A DNA stretch of 63,227 bases, counting the filler, from Octopus bimaculoides (taxonomy: Eukaryota): NCBI RefSeq assembly GCF_001194135.2. It is 6 parts of 6 records of this genome, joined end to end, with 100 filler letters (N's around TTAATTAATTAA, not from the genome) between each part and the next. Parts side by side here need not be neighbours in the genome. Positions count along the whole stretch, not along the records: positions 1 to 27,711 come from NC_068984.1; 5 more parts are not named here. One strand, written 5' to 3'. Positions 1-13,792 of the stretch are shown here, in pieces. A model generated the notes under the pieces. The model saw only the letters and a list, made by a program, of their open reading frames with translations. It searched no databases and was not told the DNA's origin. The translations under genes were made by a program, and so were the position numbers. Each line of letters starts with the position of its first letter. Within the stretch, counting starts at the first letter, position 1.

Positions 1-12
1 CCTACATACTTA

Positions 13-52
<40 letters not shown>

Positions 53-249
53 TTTCTCTTTTTCTCTTTCTCGTTTCTCACACATAACCATCATCCATCT
101 TTCTTTCTTGCACAGATGTTCTAAGGACTTGAAGTCTCCTATCTCTCTCTTCTATATTTTCTCTTTACAAAGAAAATATTTCTCTCAGTATTCATTATTT
201 TCCCCTCATTCATGTCTAACAATCCTCCACATTTGTTTTTGTTTGGTTT

Positions 250-520
250 CCCTATATGTCTCCATTGTCCTGTTTTTGTTGCTAACTTTGACCCTCCATA
301 AATCCCAAATTTTATTTTGGTATTTATGGGAGCAACCGTCTTCGAAGACTCATATTGTCATTGAATGCTCGAAATGGAGAGTAGATAGAAAGCAAACAAC
401 TGATGAAGGTTCATTCTTTGATTACTTGACCATTTTTTCTCTTGTTATTTCCATATTTAATTCATTTGTTTTTGCATTTCATGTTGTTTACTGTTTTTGA
501 TATCCTGTACCCATATACGC
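250..520 (+). mobile_element. Dispersed repeat family B (PLE-terminal-like), copy 1
   Basis: Aligns to the reverse complement of 27870-28200 (ttgaccctcca..aatcccaaatttta; gggagcaac; aatgctcgaaa; aactgatgaagg; tcctgt.cc.cata) and ends in (AT)n. Confidence 0.7.
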
Positions 521-552
<32 letters not shown>

Positions 553-1400
553 GTATATATACACACACACACACATACACACACATATGTATGTATATCT
601 ATATGTATATAGAAATACAGTGATGCATCTACGCAAAGAGAACAATGAACCATGTATTGCTAGCCAATATTCATCACCCACAGTCCCATTAGTGTCCATA
701 CAGACTATTAGTCATTATTTCATCTGATACAGAAATATGACAAGCAAAGATAGCAACAGAAAAATTTGAGCTTAGAACATTAATTTATCAAGCTAAAAAT
801 CGAAAAGCTAAGCGTGCTGCTACCTGGGTTTGTGCGCAGTATTCTTGACTATTTTCACCATTTACTCTGAAGATTTTTTTCATATTGCACCCAGTAAGGC
901 AATGTCCTATCATTATAACTTTAGATGCCATTGTTTTCTTTCCTCTGGTTTGCTTAAAATATTGCTTGACTGTCTACACTTATATGAAAGACTCTTACAG
1001 AAGCTAAGCAGTCAAAATAATTTATTTGCTACTAAGCAAATAAAAAACAAAAATAACTATAGTTTTCTTGCTTTTGGAATTCCTAAGAGTCCATATGATA
1101 GAACTATTAGGATTCCTATTATTTAGCTTCAGGGCTTCACATGCAGTAACTGACTCTATGCATGTGACCATGGCTAGGAGGCTTAATTCTCAATGTCTCA
1201 GTCTAATTGATTGTCAATAGGTACAACAGCCTGTATGGTGTTCTCACACATAGGTACAGAACAACAGAATCAGTTTTAAAAGATATTAATGGATATATCA
1301 GATAGTAGTGACAAAATACATTCAACTGCTGACCATATGAATGACTAATTAATTCACTTTGACTTGCTTGTTTAATGTTCTAGAATATATTTCTAGTCCT

Positions 1401-1775
1401 GAGTGTGATTGTGTGGTAAGAAGTTTACTTCCCAAACACACGATTCTGGCTTCAGTCCTACTGTTTGACACTTAGGAGAAGTGTTTACTGCACCAGCCCT
1501 GATTTGACCAAAATCTTGAGAGTAGAACTGGGTGACAGAAACCGAAAGAAGCCTATTGTATATTTTATAGAGGTATCCATTTAGGTGTGTTTAGGGTTTC
1601 TTAACAATTGGTATTGGTTTGCTTATATCTGTAACTTAGTGGTTTGGGAAAACGACTGATAGAATAAGTACCAAACCTGAAGTAAAAAAGTGAAGGGATC
1701 AATTTGTCTGACCAAACCCTTCAGATTTGTGGCAAAGCATGGCTGCCAGTTTAATAACTGAAATAAGTAAAAGAA
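1401..1775 (+). mobile_element. SINE family A, diverged copy
   Basis: Aligns to 19882-20265. Confidence 0.75.
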
Positions 1776-2754
1776 AAGAAAGATGAAAGATATTGTTATG
1801 GTGTATATTAGATTACATAATTATCAACAGAAGTTAAGTCTATATAGAATAAACCTCTATTTGCATATTTTATGTTGTCTATGATGAAGGCCAGTATTTT
1901 CAGAGGAAGAATATTTTAATTAAAGGAAGTGATCCCTATATATTACTGTTATATAAAACTCCACTGAGCACAAAAACTCCAGAACTCTAAGACATTAATA
2001 AAAGTCAAATTATAGAAAGACAGAAGTAAATATGGTAAAGCGTCTTATCTGGTACTGTAATATTCCCTTCTACATACTGACCCGGTCATGAGCAAATACA
2101 TCCAAATGAATGATTTTGAATTCAGTAGTTTCTGTTACATAATTATGTAATAAAAGATGCAATTAATTATGTGAATATCTTTAAAAGAAATTACTTATGA
2201 GATAAAATAGAAGAATTAATGCAGTTTTTCCATATTATTAAACATACAGTAAATAGTTTTCAGATAACTACAATACTGTTTTACTAATGTAAAAGTAGCA
2301 AAAGTTGTGCCAATTCAAATTGATATATGATTAGTGTAATTTATTAGATTAGCACTATAGAAAACAACTCTGATGTTTATATTGTTGCCTTGTACTAATG
2401 ACAGTAATTAATTATTATTTCTGTACATCCAGACTTAGATGTAAATTTGAAGTCAGAATTTTATTTGACAAATGTACCGTCTCTCACTTAAGAAATTCAG
2501 GTATAAAAATCCAGCTCTATTTTTAAACATTGTTCTTAAGCAATAAGAGTAAGTTAATCAATTTTTCATTAAGCTTTTTCATTGATTGATGGAAAGATTA
2601 ATTGCTATCTCTCTCTTGTGGAGTTATCAATGACATTAATTGTCTGTTGAAAATTGTATTATTATTATCCATGGTAATTGTCTCCCCTTTAGAAAGTAGC
2701 ACATTCATGATAAAATGTATTTTCCCCACAACACTTAATTGCAAATGAAGGAGC

Positions 2755-3620
2755 CCCTATGTGGCCACTTTGTGCTATAAATAATAGCCATGTCTCCCTG
2801 AAATCATTACTTATCATCTCATTCCTTATTTAAAGCAACAACATATTAACGTGGTCTTACATATTTCTGGTAAGATTATATGGTCAAGGCTTGAATATTT
2901 TTGATCATAAGTCTACTCAATCGGAGCTCACCTGGAGGTAAACAACATCAACCAGCAAGATGGATGGAGAGCTTAAAATTTAAGTGATAGTGACAAATAC
3001 ACCATGCAATATCTGTGCATTGATAGATCTCTGTTCATCAAATGCACTACTTCTCAATTAAAACGTAAGCGGCTGTGGATTCTGCAGAGATATGTACTCT
3101 TAATGTAATTGTGAAACTGAATAAGCACGAGTCAGTGTGCATTATATGGTTGCACATTTGAATTAGAGGTGCAATCCAACAGGTTGTCTATATAGTTGGC
3201 ACCAGGCTAGTTTCTAGAGGTTATAGAAAATGACATTTACCCATGATACCAAACGGAGGGATAGAAGCTGAAACCTCATGATTGTGAAGCAAACTTCTTA
3301 TATATTTGACCATAATGTGCTGTATTTATTAGAATCTGTAATGACAGAAAACACTTTTCCCCCAGCTTTTTAACTGCTGGATGAATCATTTAGCAGCAAC
3401 CCTATAAAGACCTACCACTCCTAATAGAAAGCAATAAATGGCAGTCAAAGCTCTCTAAACCACGCCTTGATACTATAAAGAAAAGAGACATGCTAGTGTT
3501 GTCAACTCTATGCTTGAAGAAATGAAAATGGTGATAGCTGAAAAACGTTTAATCATAGGTTGCTAGAAAACAGTTAATCACTACTAACCTGGGGTTAAAC
3601 AACTATAAATACAACAATAA
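2755..3620 (+). mobile_element. Old repeat family D copies (2755-2950, 3420-3620; also 14540-14760 - and 59205-59470 +) with a degenerate SINE-C-like piece between
   Basis: Shared end tttgatcata.gtct...acctgg.g.taaacaac. Confidence 0.5.
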
Positions 3621-5137
3621 CTAACAGTGAACCATATCAATTGTTCAAAGTTTACAAACTGTGAAGTGTTATTGAAAGGCAAATGTCTTTAACAAAATGT
3701 CTGTGATGATATACGACTGTTTGACCTTTAAGTAAGGCCTGCCAAGAAAATTCGACAAGGTGAAACAAGATTGTTCTTGGATCTAAGGAAAAGAGTGAGT
3801 TATGAGGGAGGGTCTCTCACTTTTTTTTTTTTTTTCAGAGAGGTCCTAAGAGATATTCACAGGCCTCTCCTTGGTTTTCTAGACCCCTGACTAGTTGAGC
3901 CCAACTCTTATAAGTTCTGTACTTAAATCAATAAGTGATTAGACTTTGGTTCAAACTACAGTTGTAGTCAAATTACATTAAGCAATCCTGTTTGTATTTA
4001 TTATTAACTAGCATGCTTACACCATTAAATACAGTGCTCTTGTTTTTTTTCTGTCCTTTTTTCCTACTATTTAGTCAAAAGGAGAAGGGCAACTCCCATG
4101 ATCCTCTTCTAGAGCCCTTGTTGCAAGTAAGAAGATAAGTAAGAATTTGTGACAAACTAGAGACATGACCTGAATAGATGGCAATGTTAAACAGAATTGC
4201 AAATTAACTTTACTATCCAAGAGCTCAGAGTATAAAGAACCAAAACAATTTGTTCAAACCATCTGGTCTGACATTCTGACTATTTCCCTGAACTGATACT
4301 TTATTCTATTAACTTAACAAGAATTTGAACATAAAGCACAGATAGATGAAACAACAAATATTGCAAGACTTTTTCTATCTTTTAATTTTCTTTTACCGAA
4401 TTCCAGGCATTCATATTTGTTAACTCATCCAAACATTCCATTTGATTGCAATTAAGCTATAGTTGGAAGGAACAGATTTTTTACATTACTTTGTATGAGA
4501 ATATGAAGATGACATGTAAGCAAGAAGTGTAATTTTGTTTCACAATCTTCAAAGAAATATTAAAAATAATTCTATTGATTACTTTTATCTGTTATCAAAA
4601 AAATATCTGATATTGTGAAGGTATCTATCTTTTCAGAAAAGTAATTATATTTAGAATATTTTTGGAATGTTAGGTAAAAGTTCCAAGTTTGATATCTTAT
4701 ATTACTATAGTTTGAATGTCTTCCAAAAGAAAGACTTGATGAGTTTCATTCAAGTAGTCTGTTTTTATCATTTATTGCTCCCACATAGAAAAAAATTCTG
4801 TTAATTAAAGCAAGTAAAATAAGGAAATGCTATTAAAAAATGTTATTTTAAGAAAATGAAACTATTTAGATATGAAAACACTGGCATATTTCTCAGCCTA
4901 TATATGGAATATGTTAGCCAAATCAATAGGATATCATATAACATGCTTTGCATTTTAAATCTTATAGAGATAAAATTAGTCTTTTAATTCTTCTAAGGTT
5001 GGTAGAATAAGTACCAATCTCTAAGTCATAGGTTCAATTAATCTGATGAAACACTTGAAAGGTGATACCCCAGAATGACCTCAGTTCAATAACTGGGAGG
5101 CAAGATAGAAACTGTAAAAGGCTTGTTTGATATATAT

Positions 5138-7109
<1,972 letters not shown>

Positions 7110-7305
7110 NNNNNNNNNNNNNNNNNNNNNNNNNNNNNNNNNNNNNNNNNNNNNNNNNNNNNNNNNNNNNNNNNNNNNNNNNNNNNNNNNNNNNNNNNNN
7201 NNNNNNNNNNNNNNNNNNNNNNNNNNNNNNNNNNNNNNNNNNNNNNNNNNNNATATATATATATACATAGATATATATGTGTGTGTGTGTATATGTATAT
7301 GTATA

Positions 7306-8731
7306 TTTGTATGTATAACGTAATAGTTTAGAAAAAACCATTGGTTTCATAGCTAGCGTAAACTAGACAGTTGCGACCTTATAGGGTTTACATTCTGGAC
7401 ACCCTGAGTAATAAATTCCCCTCTGTCCACTTCGGCTTATATAGAGATGATACCTTAGCCATCTCCAGAGGCGCTAACGGCCATACTTTAAACAGGCTTA
7501 GAAAAGACATCATACACACCCTCTACGACCTTGGCCTTAAAATCACCATAGAAACTAACCTCATTGGAGTGAAGATTTTGGATGTCATGCTTGATCTAGT
7601 TAGTGGCACCTACAGACCATACTGTAAACCGAATGATTGGTTATCATACATTAATACAGCCCCCTGCCACCCACCCATAGTGTTCAAAAACCTAATTAAA
7701 TGTATCAGTAAACAGATTTTGATCTTAGCTTCAAATAAAGATAATTTTGATGTAGCTGCTCCTACTTACAATGAGGCGCTAGCGGCCAGCAGGTTCAAAG
7801 AGAATGTAGTATATATACCAGGACTGAGTAACCATAAATGGAAACGCCACCACAAGACCTTATGGTTTGCTCCCTGCTTCTCCCTAAATGTCCGAACATG
7901 TGTAGGTAAGATTTTTCTTATGTTGGTGAATAAGCATTTCATGTGATCAAACAAATATAGAAAGATCTTTAACAGGTATAATATAAGTACCTCTTCCGAT
8001 TGTGCACCCAATGTTAAGAAAAAATTACTTAGCACTCCTAAACTATGGACAGAGGCAGGTTGTTCATGCAGGATTAGAAATGAATGCCCAGTGGAGTGCT
8101 GATGTAACATTGAGGCTACAGTGTATCAAGCAAAGGTAGCCTCAAACAGGAGCCGCACAAATATCAGTAACATCAATGCCAACACAGGGACACACACTAA
8201 AATTTATGTCGGATCTTGTGAATCCAAATTTAAAATTCACTTGAGCAACTACAGATCTCCTTTCAGGATCCCAGAGAGATGAAACACAACACTTGCAGCA
8301 TATGTATGGTGCGCAAAGGACGATCATACGCCCTTTAACATCAGGTGGAAATAACTGGAAACATGTGGACCCTATCGCAATAGAATAAGGCTGTGTAAAT
8401 TGTGTATGGCAGAAAGATATATTATCCTCATGAACCCACATGAGCCAGGAGGCTACCTGAACACGAGGATGGAAGCCATGGGGAGTTGTCCACATTTTCG
8501 GAAATTCTTACTTCAAAATTGGAAAAAGTAGCAACCAAGCAAAGGAAGACAACTCACCCAGCCATAATTTTTTGATAGGAATATTTCTTGAACTATCGTT
8601 AGTGTTCTTGTGTTTAAAAAAACATTCTTTACTGAGAACAGTTATCGTTTAGAAAAACTGAAGAAATGTCTAGTTCATGCTAGATATGAAACTAATGAGT
8701 TTTTTCTAAACTATTATGTTACACATACAAA
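7306..8731 (+). mobile_element. Penelope-like element (RT + CxC linker + C-terminal GIY-YIG; Hydra-clade-like), 5'-truncated, with inverted terminal segments
   Basis: One reading frame 7371-8531 with 4 internal stops: GLYRDD (7440-7451), ILDVMLDL, WFAPCFSLNVRTCVGKIFL, GCSCRIRNECP linker, VYQAKV...IYVGSC (GIY-YIG-like), IRWK, CKLCMAE, LNTRME...CPH. 7306-7372 is an inverted copy of 8664-8731. Both ends abut (AT)n tracts. Confidence 0.88.
8647..8711 (+). ncRNA. Type I hammerhead ribozyme motif in the PLE 3' region
   Basis: Stem I GTTTAGAAAAA(8647-57)/TTTTCTAAAC(8702-11) with 1-nt bulge; core CTGAAGA (8658-64); stem II ATGTCTAG/CTAGATAT (8 bp, loop TTCATG); GAAA (8688-91); stem III ACT/AGT (loop AATG); predicted site GUU at 8701. 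Confidence 0.7.
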
Positions 8732-8787
8732 AATAAATAACTGCTCTATATTTTATAGGGTATGCTCTTCTCCTGATNNNNNNNNNN

Positions 8788-8822
<35 letters not shown>

Positions 8823-9829
8823 GTGTGTGTTTGTAAAATACATCTATTTCCTTTTATATTCAGGTTTTCTCTCAATTCATTTTCACTCTATTATTCATGC
8901 ATGCTAATTTTTATATATTCCCTGAAGCATGCTCACTAAATTTTTTATCATCTTTCATAAATCTTCTATAATCAAAATCCATAATGCACAGCATCACTTC
9001 ATACTCAAAGATCACATAGTATGCCCTTCACAGTTAGAGAGAAAACATTTTTTGCCAGTAGAGCACCAGCAGTCAGAACTCCCTAAATGCTTTTCACCCT
9101 GTTTTTAATCTGGGACAATGGTTGTGGAACACTTACTTCTACTTCTAATTTGGTCACAAAGGTAACCAAAGCTATCAATGATTTCTGAAGGCTAGAGAAA
9201 AATAATTTTATGTGTATTTTTACTGGCAACTCCCGTGCATCACCATCATATATATATATAGCCTACTTTCCTGTCTATCCATCAGTGATACTAATACACC
9301 TCTAATGCATCCAAAGTTTACTGTTTGGTACACTATGTGGAATTCCTACCTCTTCTTTTTCTACAAATGAAGCATAGCTATTTCCCTGGTGTTAATAAAG
9401 TCCTTCCATTTTGTTAACTAAAATTCTTATCTTTCCTCAGTTTACCCTGAGATCTTTTGATTCTAGTTTTAGCTTCCAACCTATTAGCTAAATTTCTCAC
9501 TAAGCTTATTAACTCTTTAACTGCACTTCTGTTTATAGCTTACATAGCTCTCACAAGCTATTTATCTATCTTAACTTTTATTTTAGCAACCACCAGACTA
9601 ATGAGCATTAAACCTAGTCACTGATCATTTTAGATCAATAAAAGCTATAGGAGCTTGCTCCTAACTATGCGCCTCTCCTGTAGCTGCCTTGCTAAACATG
9701 CTTCAATGATTTTGCACAATATATAATTTTCAACATTTACTATATAGGAAGCATGATATTTTACCCCAACACGTTTCTTAAAGTATTTTTCATTTTGAAT
9801 ATCTTCATGCTAATTATGAAATATAAAAC

Positions 9830-10640
9830 TTCAGCATGTTTTAGAATTTATGATTCTCAGTTTAGCTCACAATGACACAAATGATATTTTTCTTCACTGC
9901 AGTTCTTCCAGAAAGCTCCATGTTTGGCCATGTAATGAAATATAAAATCTCTCCAATATAGCCCCTTTCACCCAATAAAATATATTGGAATAGGCCATTT
10001 AATATATTCTGCACCTTTCAGAATACATAATTTTCAGATTTTCTCAGTGACAAAAATCATATTTTCCCCACCCTGTTTCTTACAGAATTTTTCAATTTCT
10101 GCTACTTTTAGTTTAGTTATAAAATGTTACAGAATAACTCCCTTTCTCCAACTAAACCCACAGATATAGATCATTAATGGATTCTGCCTCTTTTAGAATA
10201 CATAATTTTCAATTTCTCTCACATGACAAATATTTTATCCAAATTGGCCCTTACAGATTTTTCATTTTTAGACATTTTCAAGTTGGTTATAAAATATTAA
10301 AAATGTATATTCAGTCATATTCTAAAACATGCTGAAATAGACTATTTAAAAGATGCTGCTCTCTTTAGAATACATAATTTTCAAATTTTCTTGAATAAGA
10401 AAATTATATTTTCCTCCATCCCGATCCTTAAAATAATTTTCATTTTTGGCCAATTTCAATCAGATTTATAATATACAGAATTTCTGTTGGAATATTCACT
10501 CTCATATACAACAGTATACTGAAAAGCTTCTACATGTTTTAGTAAGTATAATTTTCCATGATATTTTTCTTCATCTCTTTTTTCAGTGAAGTTTCCATTT
10601 TCATCATTTTCAAGATATATAATCTGTTATAAAAATTTTA
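9830..10640. repeat. Degenerate tandem array, about 172-178-bp period, at least 4-5 units
   Basis: Anchor agaatacataattttca at about 10020, 10196 and 10368, with weaker copies near 9840 and 10540. Confidence 0.7.
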
Positions 10641-11247
10641 AATTTCTGCCAAGCTATTCACGCTCACTCAATAAAATATTTAAACCGTTTAGGATGTATC
10701 ATAATGACCTAAACCTTTGGTTTGATGTCACCTTTTTTAGCACAATGTTAACAGGCAATGTGTGTTGAGATGACCAGAAACTATCTATGATCAAGCTTAA
10801 TTTTAATTACCAAAGGCCACGGAGTTATAATAAAGCTTTACTGTATCATAGGTACAGAGAGGAAATAAATAATAATCATAGTTATTTTGGGTAAAATGCT
10901 CAGTTATTACATACAGCAATAAGAGGCATTTGAAATTTTATGTTTTATAAATATGATTGAAATTGACCAAAAATGTAATTTTTTTTAAGGACAAGATTGA
11001 GGGAAAACAATCTTTTCATGCAAATGTTGAAAAGCATGTATTCTAAAAAGTGCAGTAGTCTATTTCTACTCAATTCAAATTTTAAGAATGATTTATTTGT
11101 CTTCACATTTTGTAACTTTGTTGTAAATGGCCCAAACAGAAAACTCTGTAAAGACTGAGTTCGTTACAATATCATATTTTTCACACGACAAAATTTGTAA
11201 AATTAGGTATTTTAAAAGAGGCAGAATCAATTAATGATCTATATAAG

Positions 11248-11430
11248 CATTCTTCTTCTTCTTCTTCTTCTTCTTCTTCTTCTTCTTCTTCTTTTTCTTC
11301 TTCTCCTCCTCCTCCTCCTCCTTCTTCTTATTATTATTTCCCTTCCCCTCCCCTCCTCCCATTCTTATCATCATCATCATCATCATCATCGTCGTCGTCG
11401 TCGCCGTCACCGTCGTCGTCATCATCATAA
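11248..11430. repeat. Compound trinucleotide microsatellite (CTT/CCT/ATT/CAT/CGT), representative of dozens of AT, CA, CT, TATG, CAT, GTT and ATT tracts (e.g. 12770-12870, 33650-33975, 55470-55560, 55790-56125, 57250-58025)
   Basis: Direct inspection. Confidence 0.95.
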
Positions 11431-12014
11431 CAATCAATATGCTAGTTTCTTATGTACGTACCTGTGGTATGTGTCACAATTACTTTAAGGAAGATATAAA
11501 ATGAGAGAAATAAACTTGTTCAGCAGAGAAAATACAGTTGAAGTGAGAGGCAAAGTGGCAAAGCGGAGGGACAACACACTCTTTCTCACTCTGTTTATCT
11601 CTCTCTCTCTCAGCAAATAGCTGTGGATGTTACTGTTACTTTTCTACAGTTGAAGGCAGAGGTACAAAGACAAAGAAAAATGAAAGATGTTAAGCAGACG
11701 AGGTATAGTTGAAGAAAGTGCAAAGCAAGAGATAGGACAGACCAATGATCAACTTTGCTTTTCATCCTTTCGGGGTCAATAAATTAAGTACCAGTGAAAT
11801 ACTGGAGTTGAAGTAATTGACTAGTCCCCTCCCACCAAATTTCAGGCCTTGTGCCTTTAGTAGAAAGGATTCTGTGTACAGATTATTTTCAGCCGATCCA
11901 CAGCTTATTTTCTGGCCAATGCTCAGGTTATTTTAAGGCAGTGAGCTGGCAGAATTGTTAGCACACTAGACAAAAATACTTAGCGATATTTTGCCCATTG
12001 CTATATATATTTTG

Positions 12015-12720
12015 CCCATTGCATCCCCATTATGATTGACTGATGTATCCCAAATATTAATCCAGAACTTTCTAGCTTCTTCTGCATTAGGTTTCTCATC
12101 TCCAGTACTTCGTTTTCCACTATTTATTCAGTTACAAAAACCTCCTCTGGTCTGCCTTAAATAATTTATTCTGTTGATACGGATCTATTTTTTACTGATA
12201 TTTGGAGAGCTTGTCTGTTACTGCTATGATACACTGTTTTAACTCTTCTATTACTGTCCCAAATATTTTCTCTAAGTATCTTTTCTCGGAGGAAGATTTG
12301 CATCTTTTGTTTCCTAACTTGCTTGATTTCCAGGCTTATATTCAACTCAGATCTAGTCTTAAAGTCTTTAATTTATTTTGTAGTTTCCTTTCCCACGTTT
12401 TCTCTTTTTTAATATTTTCCTGTGAGATATTTCATCTTCTGGTAATAATTATCCCTCTTGCCTAGATCAATAAGTTAGTGTCTTCTATATTTTTAGTATT
12501 TATCCTATTGATAGCAGAATGGACTTTCCTAGTCATTTCTAGCAGCTTCCTTCTGTTGGAGTTTTTTTAATGCTGGCAATCTTTTTCTAAATTTTTTACT
12601 CATTATTTTCTGCAACTCATCTAAAATCTTCTGATCTTCCTCACTTAAATCACTTAAGTTGTTGGTGCCAGTTGTCTCTTCCTTATTGGTTGAGCGATTG
12701 CTATTTTTTCCTTCAATTTC
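12015..12720 (-). mobile_element. R4/Dong-type fragment, region N-terminal to RT
   Basis: VIEELKQCIIAVTDKLSKY, YQQNKLFKADQRRF, KPNAEEARKFWINIWDTSVNHN. Confidence 0.7.
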
Positions 12721-12871
12721 TTCTTTGGTTTGAGTTGTATCACTTATTTTGTTGTTTCATCTTCATCATCATCATCATCATCGTTGTCGTTGTTGCTGTT
12801 GTTGTTATTATTATTATCATCATCATTACTATTATTATTATTATTATTATTATTACTATTATTGTTATTAA

Positions 12872-13090
12872 GGTGCTGAGCTGGCAGAATCGTTAGTGCA
12901 CTGGATGAAATGCTTAGTGGTATTTCACCCGTTGCTTTGTTCTGTATTCATATTCTGCTGATGTCAAATTTACCTTTCATCCTTTCAGGATTGATAAAGT
13001 AAGTACCAGTGAAACCACTGAAGTCAATGAAATTGATTTATCCCCTCCCCGAAAATTGCTGCACTTGTGACAAAATTTGAAACCATTATT
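12872..13090 (+). mobile_element. SINE family B (further fragments at 11745-11870, 11935-12000, 13130-13480)
   Basis: Homology to 19299-19528. Confidence 0.75.
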
Positions 13091-13520
13091 ATTAATTGAT
13101 TTGTTGATTGATTGATTGATTGATTGACAATCAATTGGCAGAAAGAAATGTTAGAGCATTGGGAAAATTACCTTAAGGTATTTATTTTGATGATTTACCT
13201 TACAATCTTTTAAGGCCGATAAAAGGAAGTACCTAGCATGAAATGTGTTTAGTATAATGATCTTAGCATGTCTCCTCAAAGTTTCAGTCTTATGCCTACT
13301 TCAGAAACAATGAGTAGCAATAGTTTGAGGGTGGTGGATTGGCCTGATTGTTGTAGCATTGGAAAAATACTTTTTAGTATACGTTCAGGATTTTTATTTT
13401 TCTGAGAAAAAAAGTAGAAATCCTACTGCGGCTTTTTGATGTTTGTCCTTTCAGAGTTGGTCAAATAAAATTCAGTCTGATACTTGAATTGATGGTGTCA
13501 ACTAACTTCTGGTGTGTGTA

Positions 13521-13792
13521 TCATCATCATCGTTTAAAATCTGCTTTCTATGCTGGCATGAGTTGGATGGTTTGACATGGAGCTGGTAGCAGGGAGCTGT
13601 CCAGACACCGTCTATTGTGGCTTCTACGGCTGGAAGCTCTTCCTAATACCAACCACTTAACAGAATGTACTGGGTACTTTTTATATGCCACTGGCATGGG
13701 TGCATTTACATAGCAATGACATGTGTGTTTTTTAAGTAGTACAAGCACCTGAAAAGACAACCCTGTATGTGTGGAAGATAGTGTTGACTTTA
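13521..13792 (-). mobile_element. Short RTE-tail retrocopy with 42-bp target-site duplication
   Basis: Homologous to 5232-5420 including the (CAT)n tail; flanked by direct repeats 13480-13521 and 13793-13834. Confidence 0.7.

Noticed and set aside
2150-2700. Possible CR1/L2-like RT fossil (AKVVPIQ)
   Set aside because: Only one short motif is recognisable; insufficient to annotate.
7944-8354. Three in-frame TGA codons in the PLE ORF as selenocysteine recoding (known for some Naiad PLEs)
   Set aside because: A TAA at 8352 also interrupts the frame, the TGAs are not clearly at conserved Cys positions, the domain order is RT-EN rather than Naiad EN-RT, and I saw no SECIS; ordinary decay is simpler.
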